Under the pieces are notes generated by a model. That model saw nothing but the letters and a program-made list of their open reading frames with translations. It was not told where the DNA came from and did no database searches. Below are positions 11,417 through 20,524 of a stretch of 64,000 nucleotides of DNA, piece after piece. The stretch's first letter is position 1. Each line of letters begins with the position of its first letter. Made by a program: the position numbers and the translations under genes. Origin of the DNA: Actinomycetes bacterium (GTDB taxonomy: Bacteria; Actinomycetota; Actinomycetes; Actinomycetales; Actinomycetaceae); NCBI GenBank assembly GCA_023389315.1, contig JAEWEQ010000061.1, positions 3,811-67,810 on the forward strand, in the 5' to 3' direction.

Positions 11417-12340
11417 TCAGCGTCGTTCCCAACCCACCAGGGCTTCGGGTTCTTGCTGGCGGCGGGAGGGGACTACCATCACCGGGCAGGTGGAGTGCGA
11501 CAGAACGGTCTGCGAGGTCGAGCCCAGCAGCAGCCCCTGGAAACCACCGCGCCCCCGGTTACCCACTACCACCAGGTCCACCGCGGTGGAGAACTCCGTC
11601 AGCAGCGCCGCCGGCGAACCGTCCAGAACGTGGCGGGCAACTTTGACGTTGCGCTCCCCCACGGCTTCGTTGACGGCCGCATTCAAGCCTTCCAGCGTGT
11701 CCTTGGTGACGGCCTGGCGATCCACCGCTGCCGGCAACCAGGCCAGCATGCCGGTGCCCGAAGCAATCGGCACGGCTGAGACGGCGGTGAGCTCGGCTTC
11801 CCAAAGTTCAGCTTCGTAAACGGCCGCGCGCAGCGCCGCGGAAGCAATCTCGGAGCCATCCACACCCACCACGATGCGTTCAATCGGCGTGAAGGGAGAT
11901 CCGGAGGTGTGGCGCGGAACTACCACTACCGGGCACTTGGCGTGCGCGGGCAGAGCGGAGGAAACGGTCCCCAGCAGGCGGTCGGCAAAACCACCGCCGC
12001 CGCGCGATCCCACCACGATGAGGTCCACTTCTTCGGACATTTGCACCATCACGCCGGCGGCATCGCCGGGTTCAGTGGAGCCCGTTACTTTTACGTCTTG
12101 AGCTTTGACGCGCGCCACCGCTTCGTCCACTGCACCTTGTGCGCCTTGCTGCAGGGCTTCATCGTCGAGGACGGCGTATCCACCGTCGAGGGCGGCAGCG
12201 CTGTAGGAGGCGAGCGCATAGGTACACAGGATATGGACGCTACCGTGGTTGCGCTTGGCGTGCGCGGCGGCCCAATCTACTGCGTTTAGTGATTCTTCTG
12301 ATCCGTCTACACCCACGAGTATGACTTGTTGAGTTGTCAT
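11417..12340 (-). CDS. universal stress protein, tandem Usp domains
   Basis: Two Usp repeats: ILVGVDGSEESLNAVDWAA...VVGSRGGGGF and IVVGVDGSEIASAALRAA...VVGNRGRGGFQGLLLGSTS. ATG preceded by GGAGGA. Confidence 0.9.
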   Translation of the reverse strand: MTTQQVILVGVDGSEESLNAVDWAAAHAKRNHGSVHILCTYALASYSAAALDGGYAVLDDEALQQGAQGAVDEAVARVKAQDVKVTGSTEPGDAAGVMVQMSEEVDLIVVGSRGGGGFADRLLGTVSSALPAHAKCPVVVVPRHTSGSPFTPIERIVVGVDGSEIASAALRAAVYEAELWEAELTAVSAVPIASGTGMLAWLPAAVDRQAVTKDTLEGLNAAVNEAVGERNVKVARHVLDGSPAALLTEFSTAVDLVVVGNRGRGGFQGLLLGSTSQTVLSHSTCPVMVVPSRRQQEPEALVGWERR

Positions 12341-12427
12341 TTTTTCCTCCTCTACCGGCAGGTACTTCTATTCTGCCTGGGAAGCACTCGCAGCGTGGTT
12401 GAACGGCCGTCGAATTGCAAAATTAGC

Positions 12428-12471
12428 TTAGCGGCGGGGTAAAGACACTTAGGTCTTTACCCCGCCGCTAA
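12428..12471 (-). terminator. hairpin terminator after NlpC/P60 gene
   Basis: Perfect 19-bp stem: TTAGCGGCGGGGTAAAGAC (12428-12446) and its complement (12453-12471). On the minus strand it is followed by GCTAATTTTG. Confidence 0.7.
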
Positions 12472-12514
12472 AATGCTTTCGATCAGCGCCTAGAGTGGGC
12501 GCTTGAGGCGTGGT

Positions 12515-13249
12515 TTAGTAGCGCACGAAGTGGTAGTCGGAGCCGAAGATCGGAGCCTGCTCCACGGTGCGTCCGGGCTGCGGGGCGTGGATCATCTGGC
12601 CGTTGCCGACGTAGATGCCCACGTGACCGTAGGGGTACCACACGATGTCGCCCGGCTGCGCTTCTGCCGCCGATACGATGGTGCCGCCGCGGCCGATGTC
12701 ACCAGCGGTACGCGGCAGGGAGTATCCAGCTTGGCCGTATACGTACTGCACCAGGCCGGAGCAGTCGAAGCCAGCGGGAGAGGAGCCGCCCCAAACGTAG
12801 GGAACACCAATGTATTGGGCGGCGATGCCCACTACCCCACCAGCGGTGGCGGCGGGAGCGGGCTCAAAGCGTTGGAAACCACGCTCGGCGGCGCTATCGC
12901 GGTCTTCCAGGATAGTTTCCTCAACAGCCGGTGCAGCTTCAGCTTCTACCGCGAGTTCGTCGGCAGCAGCCCAAGCCACGTCGGTGGGAGCGGTGATAGC
13001 CGGGTTAACGGCGGGCTTTACCGTGCTCGGTTGGCTGAGGTTAGAGCTGGTGAGGGATTTGGCCGTAACGTCAATGGAAGCTTCCCCAGCTGCCTGAGCC
13101 ATGCCGGCGCCCAGGACGCTCAGAGCTAAACCGGTAACCGAAACGGCAGCAACGCCGGTGGCGGGTTTAATGTTTCCAGTTAATTCAGTTAGGGGGGTGC
13201 TCGGCCTACAAGCGCGGCGGTGACGCGCCTGGTACTTGGACTTGGTCAC
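12515..13249 (-). CDS. secreted NlpC/P60 (C40) peptidoglycan endopeptidase
   Basis: ORF trimmed to the GTG at 13247-13249, 7 nt downstream of AAGGAG. A signal-like segment (AAVSVTGLALSVLGAGMAQAAGEA) is present. The catalytic domain reads GVPYVWGGSSPAGFDCSGLVQYVY...GHVGIYVGNGQMIHAP. Confidence 0.9.
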   Translation of the reverse strand: MTKSKYQARHRRACRPSTPLTELTGNIKPATGVAAVSVTGLALSVLGAGMAQAAGEASIDVTAKSLTSSNLSQPSTVKPAVNPAITAPTDVAWAAADELAVEAEAAPAVEETILEDRDSAAERGFQRFEPAPAATAGGVVGIAAQYIGVPYVWGGSSPAGFDCSGLVQYVYGQAGYSLPRTAGDIGRGGTIVSAAEAQPGDIVWYPYGHVGIYVGNGQMIHAPQPGRTVEQAPIFGSDYHFVRY

Positions 13250-13261
13250 TTCTTCTCCTTG

Positions 13262-13440
13262 GTGCAAGCCTACGAGGTGAGCTGTCGGGTTAGAGCTGGA
13301 GACGCTCTGCCGCTTTCGCGGCTACACCCCAAGGGATTGCTCCCAACCTTGGGTCCCCCGCACCCCACCCACAGTTGTTTTCACGGCAGATCCAGTGGGG
13401 ATGGGGTCTCGGCTTCACCGGATCGGTTGAGCCTCGACGA
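13262..13440 (-). promoter_or_regulatory. ydaO/yuaA-type cyclic-di-AMP riboswitch (5' leader of NlpC/P60 gene)
   Basis: The minus-strand RNA contains GCGGGGGACCCAAGG, CUUGGGGUGUAGCC and CUAACCCGACAGCUCACCUCGUAGGC. These match the conserved GGGGACCCA, GGGGUGAAUC and CCGACAGCUAACCUCGUAAGC blocks of the ydaO motif. The leader ends just before the SD AAGGAG. The 5' boundary is approximate. Confidence 0.75.
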
Positions 13441-13520
13441 AGTTCAACCACAACCTACGATATACGACCAGCTACGTTATTGTCACGTATTGATAACGAG
13501 ATGTGTGACGGCCCACCCGA

Positions 13521-14216
13521 TCATTTCGAGCGCAGAACAAACAGGTGCTGCTCCGCCCACTCCGGCAATGCCAAGGGAAAGCCCTCGCTGGGCGAATCCA
13601 GGCAATCCACCAGCTCGGCGGTGCGCTGATCAAACTTGACGCAGATCACACTCCCGCGTCTCAAATTTGCACGCGCAAATCCCTCAATCAGGGTGCGGTT
13701 AGCTTGGATGGGCTCCCCGATGCGCGACAGCGTCAGGGACTGCACCACCACGTCCTCGCCGGACTCCTCCCGCAGGGTCGCCACCGAGATCTCTGCCTTA
13801 TCTAGCTTCCCCCGCCCCGGGATGGGGTTGCCGTAGGGGTCGCGGTCGGCGTCTTTGAGAATGTCTTCCAGACGCTGCTCCACCAGGTCGGACATCACGT
13901 GTTCCCAGCGGCAGGCTTCGTCGTTGACCAGTTCCCAATCCAGGCCAATGATGTCGACCAGCAGTAACTCCGCCAACCGGTGCTTGCGCACCACCTCAGT
14001 GGCGGTGTTGCGCCCCTCGTCGGTCAGTTCCAAGCGCCGATCGGAGGCCACCACTACTAGCCCGTCGCGTTCCATGCGGGCGATGGTTTGCGAAACGGTG
14101 GGGCCCGAGTGCCCAAGACGGTCCACGATGCGTGCCCGCATAGGGGTCACGCCGTCTTCTTCCATCTCGTAGATCGTCTTTAAGTACATCTCTGTGGTGT
14201 CAATCAGGTCCGTCAC
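13521..14216 (-). CDS. ideR: iron-dependent repressor, DtxR/IdeR family with C-terminal SH3-like domain
   Basis: Aligns without gaps over about the first 110 residues to M. tuberculosis IdeR as I recall it (DTTEMYL.TIY..EE.GVTP.RARI...GPTVSQT..RMERDGL...[15 protein letters not shown]...[10 protein letters not shown]). Met10, His79, Glu83, Cys102, Glu105 and His106 are present. GTG start after GGAAGGA. Confidence 0.9.
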   Translation of the reverse strand: MTDLIDTTEMYLKTIYEMEEDGVTPMRARIVDRLGHSGPTVSQTIARMERDGLVVVASDRRLELTDEGRNTATEVVRKHRLAELLLVDIIGLDWELVNDEACRWEHVMSDLVEQRLEDILKDADRDPYGNPIPGRGKLDKAEISVATLREESGEDVVVQSLTLSRIGEPIQANRTLIEGFARANLRRGSVICVKFDQRTAELVDCLDSPSEGFPLALPEWAEQHLFVLRSK

Positions 14217-14382
14217 GATCTGTCCTTCCGCTCACACGCACTCTATTGCTAACAATTACATAAATCGACGAATATTTACATCTATTTAGGGGGATCGGCT
14301 TCCTCCCGGGTTTTAAGAACGACCGGTTCCACCCAATGGGACGCGACCGCTTGTCACCAAGTCCAACAGTAACGTGGTTTTT

Positions 14383-15522
14383 ATGGCTGCTTCCCTTTCT
14401 ATCCCCACTTCCCTATTGCCGCGCGATGGCCGCTTCGGTGCCGGTCCTTCGAAGGTCCGCCAGGCCCAAACCCAGCGCCTGGTTGATTGTAATTCGCACC
14501 ACACTCGTGCGCTAATTATGGGAACCTCTCACCGGCAGGCCCCGGTGCGCCAGGTGGTGGCGGACATAAAGCAGATGCTTTCACAGCTGTTTTCCCTGCC
14601 GGATGACTACCGGGTGGTGTTGGGTAACGGGGGTGCCTCCGCGATGTGGGCGGTGGCGAGCACTAGCCTGATTGAGCGTCGCAGCGCCCACGCCGTGTTC
14701 GGCGAATTCGGGGGTAAGTTCGCGGACGAAACGAAGCGCGCACCGTTCCTTGATGACCCGGTGGTGTTCGCGGCTGAGCCTGGCCAGTTGGCCACGGTAT
14801 CTTATCGCGAGGACGTGGACGCCTACGCCTGGCCTCATCACGAAACTTCCACTGGGGTGGTTTCGCCCGTGCGGCGGGTGGCGGGCGCAGACGGGGCGCT
14901 GATGCTGGTGGATGCCACGTCCATAGCCGGTGGCGTGGAAGTGGACGTGAGCGAGACGGACCTTTACTACTTCGCTCCGCAAAAGTGTTTCGGCTCCGAC
15001 GGTGGCCTGTGGTTGGCGCTGGCCTCCCCCGCGGCGGTGGAGCGCGCCGCGCGTCTGCACAGCGATTCCCAACGCTGGATGCCTCAGATCTTGGACTTCA
15101 CCGTGGCAGTGGCGAACTCCGATAAGGATCAGACGTTCAACACTCCGGCGCTGGCGACCTTGCTGATGTTGCACGCGCAGTTGGAGTGGATGCTCGACAT
15201 TGGTGGGCTTGCGGCGTGTGCGGCGCGCAGCCGCGCGGCTTCCGACGTGGTTTACCAGTGGGCGCAGGCCCGGGATTTCGCGGTGCCGTTCGTGGCAGCA
15301 CCTGAGCAGCGTTCCCCGGTGGTGGCAACCATTGATTTCGAGGGTGCGGATGCTGCGGCGGTGGCTCGAGTGCTGCGCGAAAACGGGGTGGTGGATGTTG
15401 ACCCCTACCGCAAACTGGGCCGCAACCAGCTGCGCATTGCTACTTTCCCGTCGGTGGAGGTGGAGGACGTCCAGGCCCTGGTGGGCGCCATTGATTGGGT
15501 GGTGGACGCCCTCGCGAATTAG
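14383..15522 (+). CDS. serC: phosphoserine aminotransferase (actinobacterial type)
   Basis: The N-terminus LLPRDGRFGAGPSKVRQAQ matches the mycobacterial SerC N-terminus. The start is either the ATG at 14383 or the GTG at 14374. Length is about 380 aa. Confidence 0.88.
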   Translation: MAASLSIPTSLLPRDGRFGAGPSKVRQAQTQRLVDCNSHHTRALIMGTSHRQAPVRQVVADIKQMLSQLFSLPDDYRVVLGNGGASAMWAVASTSLIERRSAHAVFGEFGGKFADETKRAPFLDDPVVFAAEPGQLATVSYREDVDAYAWPHHETSTGVVSPVRRVAGADGALMLVDATSIAGGVEVDVSETDLYYFAPQKCFGSDGGLWLALASPAAVERAARLHSDSQRWMPQILDFTVAVANSDKDQTFNTPALATLLMLHAQLEWMLDIGGLAACAARSRAASDVVYQWAQARDFAVPFVAAPEQRSPVVATIDFEGADAAAVARVLRENGVVDVDPYRKLGRNQLRIATFPSVEVEDVQALVGAIDWVVDALAN

Positions 15523-15562
15523 CGAGGACGTGGCCCGCGGTGGGCGGGCAAACTCCCCGTAC

Positions 15563-16849
15563 CTAGTCGGTGCGCTGGGCGGCCCGCAGGTCGGCAGCGC
15601 GCTCGCGCGGCCCGTAGGTGGTGATGGGGTGGCGTGACAGTCGCGCCTTAATCCGCACGTCCCAGGTCTTGATCGCCCACAGCGCCGCCACTACCGACAC
15701 CGCCACGGAAATGATGCCGCCCGCCGCCAGTGACCAGCGCGCCCCGAAAGTATCCGCGATCCACCCGATGATGGGCGCACCAATGGGGTTGGCACCCAGG
15801 TACACCATCAGGTACAAGCTCATCACTCGTCCTCGCATCATCGGATCGGTGGAGATCTGGATGGCGGCGTTCGCGGCGGTGATCATGGAGATCATCACCA
15901 GGCCGGTGGGGATCGCCATGAGGGCGAAGCTCAAGTAAGTGGGGGCAAGCGCCAACGCCAGGTTGCACAGGCCAAACAGGAAGGCGGAGACCACGACCAG
16001 GCGCACACGCGGGAATTTACGCTGGGCGGCGATTAGTGCCCCGATCAGGGAGCCAATGGCCATCACGGAACCGAGGATGCCGTACTCGCCGGCGCCCTTG
16101 TGGAACACTTCGCGCGCCATCACGGCCGATGTCATTTGGAAGTTCATGCCGAAGGCTGACACCGTACCGACCACCACCATGATGACAATGATGTCGGTGC
16201 GGGCTTTGACGTAGCGGAAGCCTTCACGTAGCTGCCCGGGTTCGCGTTTGGCGTGCTCCATGGGGAACAGTTCGTGCACGCGCATCAGCGCCACCACCAC
16301 TACGGGGGCGAAGAATAGGGCGGTGTTCACCATGAATACCCAGCCGGGGCCGACGGCGGCGATCACCAGGCCGGAGATGGCCGGTCCCAGCAGGCGCGCC
16401 ACGTTGAAGGCGGCGGAGTTCAACGCCACCGCGTTGGGCAGGCAGGCGCTGGGGACCAGTTCAGAGACGAAAGTCTGGCGGGCGGGCGATTCAATGGTGG
16501 AGGAAATGCCGGAGATCAGGGCCAGCAGGTACACGTGCCACAGCTGCGCGGCATCGGTCAGTACCAGCACCCCCAGGATGAGGGCGGTGAGCACGTTGGT
16601 GACTTGCGTGGCTTGGATGACGCGGCGCAGGTTCATGCGGTCGGCGATCAGTCCCGCCCACGGGCTGAGGAACAGGATGGGTAGGAACTGCAGCGCGGTG
16701 GTGATGCCCAGCGCGGTGCCGGAGTCATCGGTGAGCACGGTCAGCACTAGCCAGTCTTGGGCGACTCGCTGCATCCACACCCCGGTGGCTGCTACCACGT
16801 TAGAGAAGAACCACAGGCGGTAGTTAAAGTGCTTGAACGACGTGAACAT
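15563..16849 (-). CDS. MFS transporter (EntS/MFS_3-like)
   Basis: ORF trimmed to the ATG at 16847-16849, downstream of GAGGGAGGA. It begins MFTSFKHFNYRLWFFSNVVAATGVWMQRVAQDWLVL, typical of the MFS_3 family, and has about 12 predicted TM helices. Confidence 0.85.
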   Translation of the reverse strand: MFTSFKHFNYRLWFFSNVVAATGVWMQRVAQDWLVLTVLTDDSGTALGITTALQFLPILFLSPWAGLIADRMNLRRVIQATQVTNVLTALILGVLVLTDAAQLWHVYLLALISGISSTIESPARQTFVSELVPSACLPNAVALNSAAFNVARLLGPAISGLVIAAVGPGWVFMVNTALFFAPVVVVALMRVHELFPMEHAKREPGQLREGFRYVKARTDIIVIMVVVGTVSAFGMNFQMTSAVMAREVFHKGAGEYGILGSVMAIGSLIGALIAAQRKFPRVRLVVVSAFLFGLCNLALALAPTYLSFALMAIPTGLVMISMITAANAAIQISTDPMMRGRVMSLYLMVYLGANPIGAPIIGWIADTFGARWSLAAGGIISVAVSVVAALWAIKTWDVRIKARLSRHPITTYGPRERAADLRAAQRTD

Positions 16850-17157
16850 AGATGACAACGAAAAATCCTCCCTCAGTTTCCATAATGGCACTTTGGCGCC
16901 GCGATTTCGCCTTCCGCTGGGCAAACGTGGCGAAGTGTACCTTTTGGCCTCGATTTGCGAGGACGTTCGGCGGATTTGGTACGTTCCCGGCGTGATCGCC
17001 GCCAACTAGTGGACATCGGCACCGTCTTACGCGCCGGGCCAGCGCGACCGCGGGCTTGTCGAGACGGGCTCTGCGCGTCTCAGTGCCAACGGTCCGGCCA
17101 CCCTGCCAGCGGCCGGGACGGCGCGACACCGTCGCCACTCGTCCTCGACCATGAAAC

Positions 17158-17185
17158 GGCGCCCCGGGGAAAATCCCGGGGCGCC
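17158..17185 (-). terminator. hairpin terminator after NCS2 permease gene
   Basis: Arms GGCGCCCCGGG (17158-17168) and CCCGGGGCGCC (17175-17185) with loop GAAAAT, located 20 nt below the permease stop. Confidence 0.55.
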
Positions 17186-17205
17186 AACGGACAGCGACGA
17201 AGAAC

Positions 17206-18636
17206 TCAGCCGAGCAGCAGGTGCTGCACCGGGCCGAGCACGAAGTAAATCATGAACAGTACCGACACGATCCACATCAGCGGGTGAATCTTGCGGGCCT
17301 TACCCTGCGCGGCCACAGCCACCACGTAGGCGATGAAGCCTGCGCCGATACCCACCGAAATGGAGTAGGAGAACGGCATAAACGCGATGGTGAGGAACGC
17401 CGGGATGGCGATTTCCGGGCGGTGCCAGTCGATCTCTGCCACCTGCATCATCATCAAAAAGCCCACGAACACCAGCGCGGTGGAAGCCGCCTCGGTGGGA
17501 ACCAGCTCGACTAGCGGGGAGAAGAAGATGGACAGCAGGAACATCACGCCGGTAACTACTGAAGCCAAGCCGGTGCGCGCCCCTTCACCCACACCTGCGG
17601 AAGATTCCACGTAGGAGGTGTTAGAAGAGGTGCCACCCAGGCCACCGGCGACCGCCGCGAGGGAGTCGAGCAGCAGGATCTGGCGGGACTTAGGGGGAGT
17701 ACCGTCCTCGTCCAACAGGCCACCTTCGGCGCCGATCGCCACCATGGTGCCCATGGTGTCGAAGAAGTCAGCCAGCATCAGGGAGAACACCAGCAGCACC
17801 ACGGCCAGCACCCCGAGCTTGCCGAAGGCACCGAAGAAGTCCACCTGGCCCAGGGAGGAAAAGTCCGGTAGGGAAACCGGGGAGCCTTCTAGCTCGGGCA
17901 CGGTCACGCCCCAACCGGTGGGGTTTTCTTCGGACTTGGGAGCCAGTTTGGCGAAGAACTGGATGACGATGGCCAACACGGTGGACGACACGATGCCCAC
18001 CAAGATGGCGCCGCGCACCTTGCGCACGTGCAAGATGATGGTCAAGAACAGGCCGAAGACGAATACTAGCGCCGGCCAGCCGTCTAGGGAGCCGTTAATG
18101 CCCAGCTGCACCGGGGTGCCACCGGGGCGGATGATGCCGGCATTCACCAGGCCCACGAAGGCGATAAACAGGCCGATACCCACGGAGATTGCGGTCTTCA
18201 GCTGGTCGGGGACGGCGTTGAAGACGGCTTCGCGGAAACCGGTGAGCACCAAGATGGTGATCAGCACACCTTCCCACACGATTAAGCCCATGGCTTCTTG
18301 GAAGGTGAGTTGGGAGCCCACTACCAGGGTGAAAGCCACCATGGCGTTTAGGCCCATGCCGGCGGCCAGTGCCATCGGGAAGTTCGCCACCACGCCCATC
18401 AAGATGGTCATCACGCCCGCGATGAGGGCGGTGGCGGCGGCGATAGCCGGCAGGGAAATTGATTTGTCGGCGGGCAAAGCCGCCGACAAGATAGCTGGAT
18501 TGAGTACGAGGATGTAGGCCATCGCGAAGAAGGTTACGAGTCCGCCTCGCACTTCACGTCCTACGGTTGAGCCACGCTCGGTGATATGGAAAAACGCGTC
18601 TAGCGACGATCGCACTTTAGTGTCGTTGGTGGTCAC
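17206..18636 (-). CDS. NCS2 family purine permease (adenine/guanine/hypoxanthine type)
   Basis: LDAFFHITERGSTVGREVRGGLVTFFAMAYILVLNP is the signature N-terminus of AzgA/PbuG-type permeases. The start is uncertain: GTG at 18634-18636 is preferred, GTG at 18715-18717 is possible. Confidence 0.88.
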   Translation of the reverse strand: MTTNDTKVRSSLDAFFHITERGSTVGREVRGGLVTFFAMAYILVLNPAILSAALPADKSISLPAIAAATALIAGVMTILMGVVANFPMALAAGMGLNAMVAFTLVVGSQLTFQEAMGLIVWEGVLITILVLTGFREAVFNAVPDQLKTAISVGIGLFIAFVGLVNAGIIRPGGTPVQLGINGSLDGWPALVFVFGLFLTIILHVRKVRGAILVGIVSSTVLAIVIQFFAKLAPKSEENPTGWGVTVPELEGSPVSLPDFSSLGQVDFFGAFGKLGVLAVVLLVFSLMLADFFDTMGTMVAIGAEGGLLDEDGTPPKSRQILLLDSLAAVAGGLGGTSSNTSYVESSAGVGEGARTGLASVVTGVMFLLSIFFSPLVELVPTEAASTALVFVGFLMMMQVAEIDWHRPEIAIPAFLTIAFMPFSYSISVGIGAGFIAYVVAVAAQGKARKIHPLMWIVSVLFMIYFVLGPVQHLLLG

Positions 18637-18723
18637 GCAATGATAGTTGCAAATCTGCGCCCAGTTTCCAAACCTGTTTTCCAATATGCGGGCACCAGGT
18701 GAGCTGTACCACAGCACAAAATG

Positions 18724-18765
18724 GCCGAGGACAGTGGGCCTGGTAAGGCACCCACCGTCCTCGGC
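18724..18765 (-). terminator. hairpin terminator after repeat-containing membrane protein gene
   Basis: 15-bp stem with one mismatch: GCCGAGGACAGTGGG (18724-18738) and CCCACCGTCCTCGGC (18751-18765). On the minus strand it is followed by CATTTTGTG. Confidence 0.55.
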
Positions 18766-18789
18766 AATGAATTGCGGTTGGGAACGCGC

Positions 18790-20340
18790 CTAGATTTCCG
18801 GCAGCATCCCGGCGTTGGCGGGATCCACCCACTGGAAGTCGAGGCCGTCTAAGCGGAAGCGTGCATCCACGTAGGCCAGTGTCATCAAGCTGCCTTGGAA
18901 GGTCGTGGAGATAACCGTGATCAAGGCGATCAAAACGGGGAAGATGAGCAGTACCAGCACCACTCCCGGCTCTGAATGTGAGGTCGCGGCGAGCATTAGG
19001 GTTCCTATGGTGACGATGATGGCCGTGATTACGAACGCGATCCCCACTACCATCCCGATGATGAACAGGGCTCCCAGTGCGCGCCAGAAGTTCTGCTTCA
19101 GTAGCTCCACGGCGCGCTTAACGCAGTCGATGGTGCGGCGGTTTTCCAGTACTGCCACGATGCCGGACATGGCTGCCACCAGGGTCAGCGGAGTAACGAG
19201 GATTGCTGCTACTAGGGAGTAGATGGAAGACCCCAGGTCACCGAGCAGGAATCCTGGAGATTGAATGATCGCATAGAGGAGCGAGAAGAAAGCTCCTAGA
19301 ACGAATAGTCGACCGAAGGAGGCGAAAAACTCGGCAACACAGCGCCGCACCGAGGGGGTTCGACCGGCGGCGGCTGCGACTACTAGGGGTGAGAAGAAGG
19401 CAGGGAGCCACACTGCCGCAAAACCTTGTACTGCGTAGGGCAAGATCTCGGTAAACACCGGGAAACTATCCAGCGAGGGCGGTTCATCGAGGCCACCACT
19501 GGCCAACGGCATGGCCACGAAGACGCCGATGGCTAGGGCGCCTAGTACGAATGCGGGGATCATTACGGTGCAGGCCGCCAAGAGCAGCTTCATGGGTGCG
19601 TAACGCACCATCGCGAAAGTGCCAGACAGCAGATCACCGAAGCTTAGGGGACGCAGCGGGATGATGCCGGGCTGGGCGTAGGTGTACTGGCCTGAGCGCG
19701 GGTCGAGGCCGGGCAGATAGCCGTTATTTGGGGTCGGGTTGTTCGCGCGCGCCGGGACGGGTTGGCCGTAGGTTGGCTGGCCGTAGTTTTGCTGGCCGTA
19801 GTTTTGCTGGCCGTAGCCGTTGTGCTGGTTCTGCGCGGGCTGTCCGTAGGCGTTGTAATGGTTCTGCGCGGGCTGCCCATACCCTGGATGGGTGTAGCCC
19901 GGCTGGATATATCCCGGCTGCCCAGCCCCGTAAGCACTCGCATCCCCTGCGCCGGCTTCTCCTTGGTAGGGCGTGTCGCTAGGTTTCCAAGCATCGTCGC
20001 TGGCGGGCTGCTGCGGGGCGGAGAACTGCGGGTCGCTGGCGGGCTGCTGCGGGGCAGAGAACTGCGGGTCGCTGGCGGGCTGCTGCAGGCTTGCGAACCC
20101 CTGACCGCTGGCGGACTGTTGCGGGGCGGAGAACTGCGGCTCACTGCTGGGCTGCTGCGGAGCGGAAAACTGCGGCTCACTGCTGGGCTGTTGCGGAGCG
20201 GAGAACTGCGGGTCGCTGCCAGCTTGCTGACCGCCCTCGAGATGCGGTTCGGGCGCGCGGTATTGCTCGGCCGCGGGTTGACAGGCCCCCTCCGACTGCG
20301 GGCGCGGCTGGTCTCCAGATGGAGGCGGTGGCATCGTCAT
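18790..20340 (-). CDS. multipass membrane protein with long Pro/Gln/Tyr-rich repetitive N-terminal tail
   Basis: 516-aa ORF. The first ~200 aa or so (roughly 40% of the protein) is low complexity, with (S/D)PQFSAPQQP(S/A)S x6 followed by Y/G/Q-rich runs. The C-terminal half has about 6 TM helices. The layout resembles the GDPD-membrane/DUF975-type domain, a weak family call. Confidence 0.7.
   Translation of the reverse strand: MTMPPPPSGDQPRPQSEGACQPAAEQYRAPEPHLEGGQQAGSDPQFSAPQQPSSEPQFSAPQQPSSEPQFSAPQQSASGQGFASLQQPASDPQFSAPQQPASDPQFSAPQQPASDDAWKPSDTPYQGEAGAGDASAYGAGQPGYIQPGYTHPGYGQPAQNHYNAYGQPAQNQHNGYGQQNYGQQNYGQPTYGQPVPARANNPTPNNGYLPGLDPRSGQYTYAQPGIIPLRPLSFGDLLSGTFAMVRYAPMKLLLAACTVMIPAFVLGALAIGVFVAMPLASGGLDEPPSLDSFPVFTEILPYAVQGFAAVWLPAFFSPLVVAAAAGRTPSVRRCVAEFFASFGRLFVLGAFFSLLYAIIQSPGFLLGDLGSSIYSLVAAILVTPLTLVAAMSGIVAVLENRRTIDCVKRAVELLKQNFWRALGALFIIGMVVGIAFVITAIIVTIGTLMLAATSHSEPGVVLVLLIFPVLIALITVISTTFQGSLMTLAYVDARFRLDGLDFQWVDPANAGMLPEI
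19996..20247. repeat. in-frame 36-bp tandem repeat, about 7 units (coding)
   Basis: Unit starts GTCGCTGGCGGGCTGCTGCGG... recur at 19996, 20032, 20068, 20104, 20140, 20176 and 20212. Each unit encodes the 12-aa repeat xPQFSAPQQPxS on the minus strand. Confidence 0.85.
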
Positions 20341-20524
20341 CGACGGTTTCTACTTTCTTAAATTGAAAACCTTTTTCACGGTTATACTACGCACAGGATG
20401 CCAAAAACAAGCAAGCATTTTGTCATCTTCCGCTATGCACCCAGCCAATCCGCCGCCAGAACGCGCACGGATGCAGGTGGCCCGCGCGCCACGTCCTCGC
20501 GAAGATGCATGGTCGACGCGAAGA

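Noticed and set aside
14217-14382. AT-rich ideR-serC intergenic region as a possible IdeR autoregulatory box
   Set aside because: It contains only the direct repeat TTACAT-N14-TTACAT and no 19-bp palindrome resembling TTAGGTTAGGCTAACCTAA.
16850-17157. ORFs 16824..17138, 16955..17248 and 17027..17275 between the MFS and permease genes
   Set aside because: They are short, mutually overlapping and Arg-rich, and they overlap the permease terminator hairpin. I recognise no RBS or motif.
18637-18720. Possible guanine/adenine riboswitch in front of the NCS2 purine permease
   Set aside because: The leader contains purine-riboswitch-like fragments (UAU...GUUUGGAAACUGGGC...ACUAUC). I could not build P2 and P3 helices, and P1 would be only about 4 bp. 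The region is also too short if translation starts at 18717. A cmsearch with RF00167 would settle it.
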